Origin: a virus | IMG/VR virus record: IMGVR_UViG_3300048913_000162 | Length of the DNA: 38,179 nt | Direction: 5' to 3' (one strand) | Part shown: positions 1 through 8,007 of the stretch, in pieces | Position numbering within the stretch: the first letter of the stretch is position 1 | Layout of the letters: each line of letters begins with the position of its first letter | Program-made: the position numbers and the translations under genes | Notes under the pieces: model-generated | Databases searched by the model: none | What the model was told of the DNA's origin: nothing | The model's input: only the letters and a program-made list of their open reading frames with translations

Positions 1-127
1 CGCGGCCTCAATCGCGGATTTGACGTTTTCGGTTTCTTGCATGGTTTTGTCTTTCAAGGATTTCCGCCACCCCCGATACAACCAGAATGGCGAACCAGAT
101 CACTCCGAGCAGGATCAGCATGGCGGT
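1..127. repeat. Terminal direct repeat copy 1, identical to 38053..38179 (circular-closure overlap)
   Basis: Base-by-base comparison: cgcggcctcaatcgcgga...gatcagcatggcggt occurs at both ends of the window. Confidence 0.95.
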
Positions 128-458
128 CGGGATAAATTAGGCGCATCAGTTGCGCGTACGTCAACGCCACCATGTAGACGTTGTAGAAAACAGGTGGCGC
201 GTATGCCATGTACAGCAGCCAGCCGGCGCCATTCCCGACAATTGACGCCAATAGCAACTTCTGAGAATCCACGCACAGCCGCCCACTCAGGACGGCTGGC
301 GCGGCGTATAGCATGAAGAGATCGACGAGCGCTCCGCTGCCGTGGTACAGCAGCATGTCTATCGGTGTATTCGGCAACTGGTGGGTTGCCCATCCATGGC
401 CGTAGATCGCCAGCAGCATCAGGGAAGCAGCCAGGGCACGCGATCTCCACGAGTTCAT
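54..458 (-). CDS. Integral membrane protein, about 4 hydrophobic helices, function unknown (holin/antiholin-like or exclusion-type); first gene of the lysis-proximal cluster
   Basis: 134-aa ORF with an ATG start and high GC3. Hydrophobic stretches: ALAASLMLLAIYGHGWA, GALVDLFMLYAAPAVL, LLLASIVGNGAGWLLYMAY, FYNVYMVALTYAQLM. In the circle its stop lies 12 nt before the ATG of the next membrane-protein gene. Confidence 0.6.
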   Translation of the reverse strand: MNSWRSRALAASLMLLAIYGHGWATHQLPNTPIDMLLYHGSGALVDLFMLYAAPAVLSGRLCVDSQKLLLASIVGNGAGWLLYMAYAPPVFYNVYMVALTYAQLMRLIYPDRHADPARSDLVRHSGCIGGGGNP

Positions 459-559
459 TTCGTCTTCTTCGTCGGCGCAGTTTTCGTCGGCGTGGTCTTT
501 TGCTGCTCGGTCGGACGCTGTTTGCCGTCGCCGCCGGTTGCCATGTTCAGTTGTTTCAT
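455..559 (-). CDS. Hypothetical 34-aa basic Lys/Thr/Gln-rich peptide
   Basis: MKQLNMATGGDGKQRPTEQQKTTPTKTAPTKKTK. AAGGA-type RBS upstream, GC-rich third positions, and an ATGA stop/start overlap with the 54..458 gene. Too short for the ORF track. Confidence 0.35.
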   Translation of the reverse strand: MKQLNMATGGDGKQRPTEQQKTTPTKTAPTKKTK

Positions 560-596
560 GTGTTTCCTTTCAGGGTTGTGCGCGGACGCGCATGGG

Positions 597-875
597 TTAG
601 CAATCAGTTGCACCTTCGAACTCCGGGAGCGCCTTTGCGCCGGCGTAGCCTTGGGCATAGGGATCCGCCCCATTCAGGTCGAGCGGAGCACGGAATACGA
701 TGTCCTGGAATGCCGGCTGATCTGGTGGGAATCCCGGGTCCGACTGGTAGCAGCGCGCGACGCATTCCATATCGCCTTCAAACCGGTTGTGCCGAACCTC
801 CTCGATTCGGACGTATGCGTCCTTCACCACGAAGTTGAGGGGAGCGGCGGCGGTGACGTTCATTTTCAAAGCCAT
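597..875 (-). CDS. Hypothetical protein (92 aa) directly downstream of the tailspike
   Basis: ATG start with AAGGA about 10 nt upstream; operon position. No family recognised. Confidence 0.55.
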   Translation of the reverse strand: MALKMNVTAAAPLNFVVKDAYVRIEEVRHNRFEGDMECVARCYQSDPGFPPDQPAFQDIVFRAPLDLNGADPYAQGYAGAKALPEFEGATDC

Positions 876-892
876 GATGAGTAATCCTTATG

Positions 893-2827
893 TTAGATAT
901 TGGGCATTGCCACCCACGTGCCGGGAGATCCGGCTACGGTGCAGCGCCAACCCTGCGGCTGGCCCACAGTGGCGTTGAGGTTCCAGCAGATATCCGCTTT
1001 TTTCCAGGTGCTGGTAGATGGCGCCGTTGAATCGAAGGTGACTCTCTGGCCGCTCAATGACAGGATCGAGATCGCGTTTGCGCCGACGCCGGGCAGGAAC
1101 CCATGTACGTTGGCCCAAGTGATCACCTCACCGACTGATGTTGCCTGGTAGGAGTCGAACGTCTCATTGTTCTTGCTATACGTGTGACGCCAGCACGCGC
1201 CCGGTGCGATCGCTTTGTAGGTGCCGTCGTCCGCGTCAAAGCGTGCGTTGCCCATCACGTACAGCTGGCCGTTCGTGCTGTTAATGTGCTCCGTGATCAC
1301 GTAGCCACCGTTACGCACCGCGCGAATCAGGCTCGGGCGGTTGTGGTCTGACCAGACAGTCAGCGAGTGGTAATAGCTGAGGGTGCTGGTCAGGAAGTCG
1401 CCCCCCACGGAAAGTGCCAGTGCATTGTTTTCCGTGCGCGCCATGCGGATCAGGCCGCCGTACTGCGTCACCATGTTGCCTGTGAAGCCGGCGCCAGAGC
1501 GAACAAAGCGCGTTCCCAGGTCAACCACCGATGCTTGATTGCCCGAAGTGATGCTTACATTCCCGTAAAGCTGGCAGCTCGCCAATTCGAGCGGCTGCGG
1601 ACCGTTGTACTCGATACTATTCGGCGTGCTGGCCAAGGTCATGCTGGCGTCGTAGTGGCGCACGCCGTGGAAATAGACCGGGCCGTCCGCGAAGCCGGAA
1701 TAGAAAGGCTTGGTCGGGTCGTCGCACCACATGCCATTGATGCGCAAGGATCCGCTGGCCTGCACGATCGCGGCACCTGCGAGGTTGTGAGAGGTGTCCG
1801 AGTCGGTCGTGAGATCCGTGATACCGACGACGCCAGCAACAATGTTGACGTGTGCGCCGCGGTTGTTGCCGTCGCTGATGAAGCTATTGCCAGTCGTAGG
1901 CGAGTTCCCGTTGTTGATCAGGAAGCCGCCATAGATGTTCACGGCCGCATTGCCAGAGTTGATCAGGATGCCAGCCGACGTGCAGCCCGAGATGTGCGGC
2001 CGCATGATGTTCACCGGCGCGTTGTCGGTCTGTGCGCTCAGATCTCCGACGCGGATACCGAAATCGCAGTATTTGACGTCGGCGCCACACAGGTTCACTT
2101 CGCGAGTGACCGACGCAGTGGACGTGGCCGGCGCGATGTCGATGCCGATCTTTGCGAGGTTCCGGCCATTGAGCGAAATCTTGTCGAGGTCGATACCGAA
2201 CGAATTATGCAGCCGTATCATCGTGCCGCCGCTCGCGCCATACCAGTGCAGCAGCGCGTTATCCGTTGTCGGGTCGACTACGCCGCTATAGCGCTGGAAG
2301 TTAAATGCATTCCCCGTGGTCAGCGTGACGTTCCATACTTCCGTCAAGTCGATGGTCTGGTTCAGTCGGTACGGCTGTGAGGGCGTCGGGAAGAATAGCT
2401 CTGCGCTCCCTTTCGCATAGAAGGCCTGCTGTACAGCTGCGACAGCAGCAAGAATCGCAGTCGTGTCAGCCGTCGCATTACCGACGCCAACAGCTCCCGC
2501 CGTCGCATAATCAGCGATGCTGATCCGCTCGCGCAGCTTGTCCTGTATGGTCCGGGTAACAGTTCCGGTTCCGGCCTGAATGAAACCGACCTGATCAAGA
2601 CGGACGGCATCACTGGGCTGTGTGCCTGCGGCTAGGTTCGTGATTTTGTTGCCCCCCATCGGCAAATCTGCCGCCATGGGTGTTTGCCCATCCGTGCTGA
2701 CCGATCGCGTTATCTCGGTGCCGACGTCGGCAACTAGGGCATTGAAAACCGTAGAACTGATAGTGGTGCCAGAAACCACCGGTTGACCTGCTGGCGGGGC
2801 ATATGTGCCTGAACCGTTTCGGGGCAT
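893..2827 (-). CDS. Tailspike / tail fibre with a right-handed beta-helix (pectate-lyase-like) depolymerase domain
   Basis: The N-terminus (GSGTYAPPAGQPVVSGTTISSTVFNALVADVGTEITRSVSTDGQTPMAADLPMGGNKITNL..DAVRLDQV) is the conserved phage fibre anchor motif. It is followed by a Gly/Asn/Ile-rich repetitive beta-helix-like sequence and a C-terminal GWRCTVAGSPGTW motif. Confidence 0.85.
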   Translation of the reverse strand: MPRNGSGTYAPPAGQPVVSGTTISSTVFNALVADVGTEITRSVSTDGQTPMAADLPMGGNKITNLAAGTQPSDAVRLDQVGFIQAGTGTVTRTIQDKLRERISIADYATAGAVGVGNATADTTAILAAVAAVQQAFYAKGSAELFFPTPSQPYRLNQTIDLTEVWNVTLTTGNAFNFQRYSGVVDPTTDNALLHWYGASGGTMIRLHNSFGIDLDKISLNGRNLAKIGIDIAPATSTASVTREVNLCGADVKYCDFGIRVGDLSAQTDNAPVNIMRPHISGCTSAGILINSGNAAVNIYGGFLINNGNSPTTGNSFISDGNNRGAHVNIVAGVVGITDLTTDSDTSHNLAGAAIVQASGSLRINGMWCDDPTKPFYSGFADGPVYFHGVRHYDASMTLASTPNSIEYNGPQPLELASCQLYGNVSITSGNQASVVDLGTRFVRSGAGFTGNMVTQYGGLIRMARTENNALALSVGGDFLTSTLSYYHSLTVWSDHNRPSLIRAVRNGGYVITEHINSTNGQLYVMGNARFDADDGTYKAIAPGACWRHTYSKNNETFDSYQATSVGEVITWANVHGFLPGVGANAISILSLSGQRVTFDSTAPSTSTWKKADICWNLNATVGQPQGWRCTVAGSPGTWVAMPNI

Positions 2828-2970
2828 AATGAACTCTCGTCTGTACTACACAGGTCCCTTCACAGGGATAAAAATGAACATCTTCCAAACAACAACCGTA
2901 GATCTAGGCCATGGATAAAAATCAGATGTACCGTATTGCTGCGCAAGGTCTTTTCATCGGTATTTGGCCC

Positions 2971-4809
2971 TCATTGCTGCCACTGCTCAAGAAGCTGAAG
3001 GAGCGTTGGCGAGGCCGCCGCAGTAGCAGCAGGCGCACCGGCCCTTAAGGCATTTGCTAATGGAAGTGCTGCATCTGGACGTTTAACAACCGACGCAACA
3101 GCCGCACGTTGGCCCAACTTCGTGTACGGCAATGATGCGAGGCCGCCCAAGCCGATACCGCCTGCGACCTGTAATGGGCTGACGTGCCCCGTTGCCATTG
3201 CCGCGCCAGCTCCGCCAAGTAGGCCAAGCATGCTTCGGCCTGCCGTGCCCGAATCAGGGTACTTAGAGCCAAGCACGCTCTTTCCTGCCTCTGAGAGATC
3301 TTGCATCAGAGCGTTGCCTGTGGCGAAATTTCCTTTACCTACGCTCTTGTCGCTCGCTTTTACAGCGTTTTGCAATTGCGCTGGCGTGAAGACACCCGAG
3401 TCTGCGCCAAGCGCAGAGGCCGCGCTTCGAATGCGCGCATAGTTCGCGTAGCCTTGGTTTATCGCACTGAGCTCTTGTGCGTGCTGCGGATTGGACCGCG
3501 CGAGTCCTTGTCGGGCCGAATCAAGAACTTCTCTTAAACCGTTGGCAATTGCTTGATTGCTTGGATCCGGGTTTGCGCCAAACTGCTTGATTTTCTGCCC
3601 AAGCGCCTGCTCCATTTCCTTGAATGATTGGCCGCTCATCAGGCCTTGCGGCGTCATTCGGCTTGCAACCTCGTTTTTCAGGATTGCATGAAATTGGTCG
3701 GAAACGGCAGGCGGAACATTGCCGTTTTGAATGGCCGCCGAAACCTTGTTGAGACCGCTGATGAACTGCGGATCGGCAGAGAACGACAGCTTTGGAAGAA
3801 GTGTGTTATAAGCTGCGCCAAGCTTGTCTTTAACTTCCGCCACACCCTCTCGCCCAACTGGCGCAGTCGACTTCTCACCAATGGGGCTGAGCGCCCTGGC
3901 GTACGCGGCCCGGTTGAGGTCATCGAGACCACGGCGTTGCGCCGATTTAATCATGTCGCCAACGAACGGGACACTCGTCAACTTGTCCTCCGTCCTCGCC
4001 CAAGCACCGCCGAGCATTTGACCTAGCGTCGGGGTCACTCCCTCGTTCAGAAGGGTTTTAACACCTTGCGAGACTTCAGGGCTAACGATCCTTGCGAGAG
4101 CCCGACCGATCGGCGCTCCCATCGCGCCGAATCCTCCGCCAAGCGCGGTCTGCAGGCCTTTCTGAGCTAAGAAATCATTCCCGCCATCAGATGTTTTCGA
4201 GACATCGTGCACAGGTTGAATTGCAGATAGCCCTGCGCCTTGCGCGCCAGCTTTCAGCATCGCCCCAAGAAGAGGCGCCTTGGTGGCAACGGCAGGAGCG
4301 CCTGAAACCCCCGAACTAGCAATAAAAGGTGCGGCTCCAGACGCAAAACGCCCTAGGCCCGCGGCCCAAGAACCCTTCGTGTCTGCTTGGTACTGGTCTT
4401 CCTGCTTTTTAAGGCTGGCATCGAAGTTGTCCGATACTTTCTGGCCAAGCTTCTGCGCCGGGCCCATTGGTCGGTTGGGATCATCCGGGAACACACTTTG
4501 CAGCCAATTTGATCCGTGTAAAACGAGTTGTGCGGGGCCCTGCACCCAATCAGCTGCGCCTTTCGCGAGACCGTAGGCGGCGTGTCCCAATCCATCGAAA
4601 AGCGACGTTGGCTCGGCTGAGCTAGAGGAAGCGGGCACTGCTGGCCCCGGCTGTTTCGCCTGTGCCTGTGCCTGTGGCTGCTGAGTCACGCCAACAATCG
4701 ATAGCAATGGGTCGCTAGAATTACTGCGCGACAGCGTTTGCGCTGGCTGCGGAGACTGCGGCGCGGGGACCGCCGCGCCCTGGATGATGTCCAGCAGCGG
4801 ATCGCTCAT
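2971..4809 (-). CDS. Large internal virion / DNA-ejection-type protein (positional analogue of P22 gp16)
   Basis: 612 aa, Ala/Gly/Gln-rich with low-complexity regions. ATGA coupling to the upstream gene; sits between the tail-hub genes and the tailspike. Assigned by synteny only. Confidence 0.5.
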   Translation of the reverse strand: MSDPLLDIIQGAAVPAPQSPQPAQTLSRSNSSDPLLSIVGVTQQPQAQAQAKQPGPAVPASSSSAEPTSLFDGLGHAAYGLAKGAADWVQGPAQLVLHGSNWLQSVFPDDPNRPMGPAQKLGQKVSDNFDASLKKQEDQYQADTKGSWAAGLGRFASGAAPFIASSGVSGAPAVATKAPLLGAMLKAGAQGAGLSAIQPVHDVSKTSDGGNDFLAQKGLQTALGGGFGAMGAPIGRALARIVSPEVSQGVKTLLNEGVTPTLGQMLGGAWARTEDKLTSVPFVGDMIKSAQRRGLDDLNRAAYARALSPIGEKSTAPVGREGVAEVKDKLGAAYNTLLPKLSFSADPQFISGLNKVSAAIQNGNVPPAVSDQFHAILKNEVASRMTPQGLMSGQSFKEMEQALGQKIKQFGANPDPSNQAIANGLREVLDSARQGLARSNPQHAQELSAINQGYANYARIRSAASALGADSGVFTPAQLQNAVKASDKSVGKGNFATGNALMQDLSEAGKSVLGSKYPDSGTAGRSMLGLLGGAGAAMATGHVSPLQVAGGIGLGGLASLPYTKLGQRAAVASVVKRPDAALPLANALRAGAPAATAAASPTLLQLLEQWQQ

Positions 4810-6617
4810 AGCCCACCCATTTGCTTGAGAGTTTGCGCTTTCTTCATCAGGGACTGATAGTCAGCAGGACTCGTTTTCTTCAAATTGGCGACAAAACCTT
4901 GTGCCTCTGCGGGGTCCATGACCTTCAGTTGATAAATACGCGGGTCCATGTTTTGACGCCACGTCGCCTCGAACTGCTGCTGAGATTTATGGTCCGTTAT
5001 GTTCGCGGCCTGCATTGCGTTCGTCATCCCTTGCAATGCAAGTTCGCCTGCTTTTGCGTACCTAGCCATGCCCTGAACGGCCTGCGGGAACATCTTCCCA
5101 TTCACATTCCCTTGTACCTGCTGATTCAGCTGCGCATCGGTGCCAGTGCCACCCGCAGCCTGCCAGGCGCGGCTTGCATTTTGCGACATGAATTTCATCA
5201 GTTCTTGATAACTGGATGCGTCGCCTTTCCACGATTTGATACCAAACGTGTCTGCAGCAATGCCCTTGATTTTGTTGTTCCAGTCAGCGGTCGGGCCTGT
5301 GGCAACGCCAGACTTCGAAAGGTCAAGGATGTTATCGAGCACGTTCACGCGCGAGGGAGATTCCTGCGCCTGCTTGATTAGGGAACTGAAGCGGTCACTT
5401 GCTGCTTTCGCGATGCCCTGCTGATAATCGTTGAAGCCTGGGGCATTTCCCGGTCGGATTACAGCAGCGCTCTCCGTGGGTGCAGGATTCGGGCTCGCAG
5501 AGGTGCCCGAGCCCTCGATACTGGTCCCAGGTTTGCTCCCCGGACGAAGATATCCAATCCTCCGCGCCTCCGACATGACCTGTTCTTTCTCTTGCTGGGT
5601 CATGTTGGTCAGATCGATTTTCGGCCCCGGCGCAGCCTGCCTTGACGGAGCTGATGTGGGAACTGAAGCAGTGGGATTTTGTCCGGTTGATGGAGCGCCA
5701 GATGCCCCCTGAGGAATGCCGACGAAGTATGTAGGCTTGCCTTCATTATCGACCCCTTGACCGAGAGTCCCAAGCGTCTGGCCGAGCTTTTTCGCTTTCT
5801 CTGACTCCTGAATGGCGCCGACTCCACCACTTACCGGCGCAGTCGTCCATTGTCCGTCCGCGCCACGAACGTTGATGTACCCTGGGGGTGCTGCTGTCGG
5901 CAGCCCCTGCACATTGCCGTTGCTATCCGCGTAAGCTCCTTCACCAAGACGTGTCGGGGCAATGTAGCCTTCCTTTACGCGCTTGCCCATCTCGAAAGTG
6001 CGCGCCTGCTCTGGCGAGATGCCAAGATAGCGGTCGGTCTTCATACCTTCGGTGGGTTTGAACTGGTCCCAGTATGCTGAACCGGCAGCTTGGCCCCCGA
6101 GATCCTGAATTATCTGCCCTTTGACCAGATTACCCATGGTGAAGTTGTTCTGCGCAGGCTGCGGAATAGCATCCATCCGGGCCGCGTTCTGCACAGTCGG
6201 CCCGACGCCGCCCTGGTTGACCATTGCGCCAGTGTCGTCTTGAGCACTCGGTTGCGAGGTTGCGCCTTGCGAAAGTGCGACGCTAGCAGGAGCAGGAGCA
6301 CTATCATTGCCACGCAAGATATCTCCCATGCGGCCCTGCATCGCCTTGGCAAGGGCGAGTTGCTTTGTATCCGCAGCATTCTGCGCGTAGCCGCCCATGA
6401 GCGCCTGCGCCATCTTCGCCACCGCTTCAAGCGGACTGTGCTTCACGGCCCAGCCGTTGACAACCTGAGTGTCACCAAGCGGCTGCATGGCCTGTTGCCG
6501 AAGGATGTCCGCATACTGCTGCTGTCGCGCGATCTGTGTCTGTTGTGCGGCGAGGTCTGGTGCGATCATCTGGATCGCGGCCGGTGCCTGCGCGCTGGTG
6601 AAAGGATTCCCGGCCAT
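4806..6617 (-). CDS. Large internal virion / DNA-ejection-type protein (positional analogue of P22 gp20)
   Basis: 603 aa, Gln/Ala/Gly-rich. ATGA overlaps at both ends. Assigned by synteny only. Confidence 0.5.
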   Translation of the reverse strand: MAGNPFTSAQAPAAIQMIAPDLAAQQTQIARQQQYADILRQQAMQPLGDTQVVNGWAVKHSPLEAVAKMAQALMGGYAQNAADTKQLALAKAMQGRMGDILRGNDSAPAPASVALSQGATSQPSAQDDTGAMVNQGGVGPTVQNAARMDAIPQPAQNNFTMGNLVKGQIIQDLGGQAAGSAYWDQFKPTEGMKTDRYLGISPEQARTFEMGKRVKEGYIAPTRLGEGAYADSNGNVQGLPTAAPPGYINVRGADGQWTTAPVSGGVGAIQESEKAKKLGQTLGTLGQGVDNEGKPTYFVGIPQGASGAPSTGQNPTASVPTSAPSRQAAPGPKIDLTNMTQQEKEQVMSEARRIGYLRPGSKPGTSIEGSGTSASPNPAPTESAAVIRPGNAPGFNDYQQGIAKAASDRFSSLIKQAQESPSRVNVLDNILDLSKSGVATGPTADWNNKIKGIAADTFGIKSWKGDASSYQELMKFMSQNASRAWQAAGGTGTDAQLNQQVQGNVNGKMFPQAVQGMARYAKAGELALQGMTNAMQAANITDHKSQQQFEATWRQNMDPRIYQLKVMDPAEAQGFVANLKKTSPADYQSLMKKAQTLKQMGGL

Positions 6618-7603
6618 CAGAGTGCCCCCACGTCGATGACCTTGTAGCCACTTTCATGCGTCGACACAGCATCAGGATTGACCGCTTCCAGTTCATGCGC
6701 CAGTACGCCGATTTCCGGCCGGCCGAATTTTATGTAGCTGTATATGCCGATGCCCAACTTGTCGTGCGTGCCGATGCGCTTGATATTGGTTTTGAGGCGC
6801 GCATCGGAGAAGTACATCAGGGCGGCCGCGCCGCCGAGCTGGCCTGCCGTGCCGAGCAGGGCGTTTTGCTGCCCCACCTTCGAGTTGTAGAGGCCGAGGT
6901 TGTACTGATTCATACCATTCGCAGCACCCATCATGTCGGGCCCGCTCGTAGTCACCTGCTGCGGCGACTGCTGGAACGTCGGATTCGTGACCTGCGCACC
7001 GGTCCGGATCGCATTCAGTTCATTCATGGGCATATTGCGGTTCGCCACCTCTTGGGCGTACTGCTGGCCCTGTTGACTCTGGCCTAGCGTAATGCCCTGA
7101 AGTTGCGCTTGCTGTCGTGCGTCGTTCTGGTCGCGGCCAATCTGGTCCATCGCCCGGGTGTACGCCTCCGATCCAGGCATGATGCCTTGGTTGGCAAGCT
7201 GCGTTTCGAGGTCGGCCCGGTCGCGCTGCTGCTGCGGAAGAAGGCGAGCACTAATGAGGTCCGCTGCGTTGTTCGTTGCCTTTGTCGGGTCATAAGCGCT
7301 TGGCATGGGCGAGCCGAGCGTAGCCCCGACGCGCGCCGTTGCTGCGTCCTGCAGATTTCCCAGCCCGAGACTCGTCTTGTTCTGCTGATCCAATAGCGCC
7401 TGACCCGTAGGCGACAGGGAAACTGTCGATGTCCACTTATCCGGGTCATTCGGATCTTGTGCGTACGTCAGGTTGCCATACGGGGTGTACGTGTTGACGC
7501 GGTTCGCCTTGGTGGCCTGTTGTGCCGCCTCCAGATTTCCAGCTGCGGTTTCCTTTGCCGCGCCTGCATAGTCCGGTGGCGGCGGGGCGTCTGCTTTACC
7601 CAT
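6617..7603 (-). CDS. Gln/Asn-rich fibrous protein with a C-terminal S74 intramolecular-chaperone autoprocessing domain; candidate tail needle/plug or fibre
   Basis: The C-terminus FSDARLKTNIKRIGTHDKLGIGIYSYIKF..GVLAHELEAVNPDAVS..GYKVIDVGAL matches the SDxRLKxNI signature of the endosialidase-chaperone (peptidase S74) domain. ATG 7603 sits just after the upstream stop, behind a GGGGAA RBS. The longer GTG start at 7627 is less likely. Confidence 0.65.
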   Translation of the reverse strand: MGKADAPPPPDYAGAAKETAAGNLEAAQQATKANRVNTYTPYGNLTYAQDPNDPDKWTSTVSLSPTGQALLDQQNKTSLGLGNLQDAATARVGATLGSPMPSAYDPTKATNNAADLISARLLPQQQRDRADLETQLANQGIMPGSEAYTRAMDQIGRDQNDARQQAQLQGITLGQSQQGQQYAQEVANRNMPMNELNAIRTGAQVTNPTFQQSPQQVTTSGPDMMGAANGMNQYNLGLYNSKVGQQNALLGTAGQLGGAAALMYFSDARLKTNIKRIGTHDKLGIGIYSYIKFGRPEIGVLAHELEAVNPDAVSTHESGYKVIDVGAL

Positions 7604-7605
7604 CT

Positions 7606-8007
7606 CTATTCCCCTAGAAATCGACACTGATCGCGTGTCATTGTCAAAACGATGATGTCGCCCGATTTGCCGGCGTCCTTGATAACGGCCTCCTGATGAA
7701 AGCCAAGGTGTAGGTCGAATCTCAAGGCGTCAGCGTTGGTCGAGTCCACCAGACCAATCACTTTGCGCACTTTCATTTGGTCGAACGGATAGCGGAAGCA
7801 AAACCGTAAGTATTCGCGCACGAGCCAGTTTTTCCCGACCGCGGCCACGTGCATCTGTACAGATTTGCCTGTGAAGTTGTCGAACAGGACCCCGGCTACA
7901 ATCTCGCCGTTCTTGAGCCAGCCTATACCTTGGCCCGAGCCATCGAAGTACATGCCGCCCGTACGTTCTGCCACCCAGCGCGCGATGTCGTCGCCGAACA
8001 CGATCAA
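7606..8007 (-). CDS. Small GNAT-fold-like (acetyltransferase-like) protein inside the tail module
   Basis: The pattern GIGWLKNGEIVAGVLFDNF..SVQMHVAA....REYLRFCFRYPFDQMKVRKVIGLVDSTNADALRFDLHLGFHQEAV resembles GNAT-type proteins. The probable start is TTG 8007, with GGAGG 6 nt upstream and an overlap with the upstream TGA. The ORF-track start at 8049 overlaps the upstream gene by 46 nt. Confidence 0.45.
   Translation of the reverse strand: MIVFGDDIARWVAERTGGMYFDGSGQGIGWLKNGEIVAGVLFDNFTGKSVQMHVAAVGKNWLVREYLRFCFRYPFDQMKVRKVIGLVDSTNADALRFDLHLGFHQEAVIKDAGKSGDIIVLTMTRDQCRFLGE

Noticed and set aside
20-884. Several overlapping plus-strand ORFs (20..316, 342..884, 365..838) at the left end.
   Set aside because: They are shadow frames opposite the coupled minus-strand genes 54..458, 455..559 and 597..875. 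Their products are Arg/Pro/Ser-rich and they have no RBS.
1367-2380. Long plus-strand ORF (337 aa) antisense to the tailspike. Similar long antisense ORFs lie at 10073..11125, 11865..13172, 14830..16089, 22309..23238, 29242..30288 and 30024..31574.
   Set aside because: These are typical stop-codon-poor shadow frames in GC-rich DNA. The products are Arg/Ala/Gly/His-rich low-complexity sequence with no RBS or coupling. Each lies opposite a gene with a recognisable product and proper translational signals.
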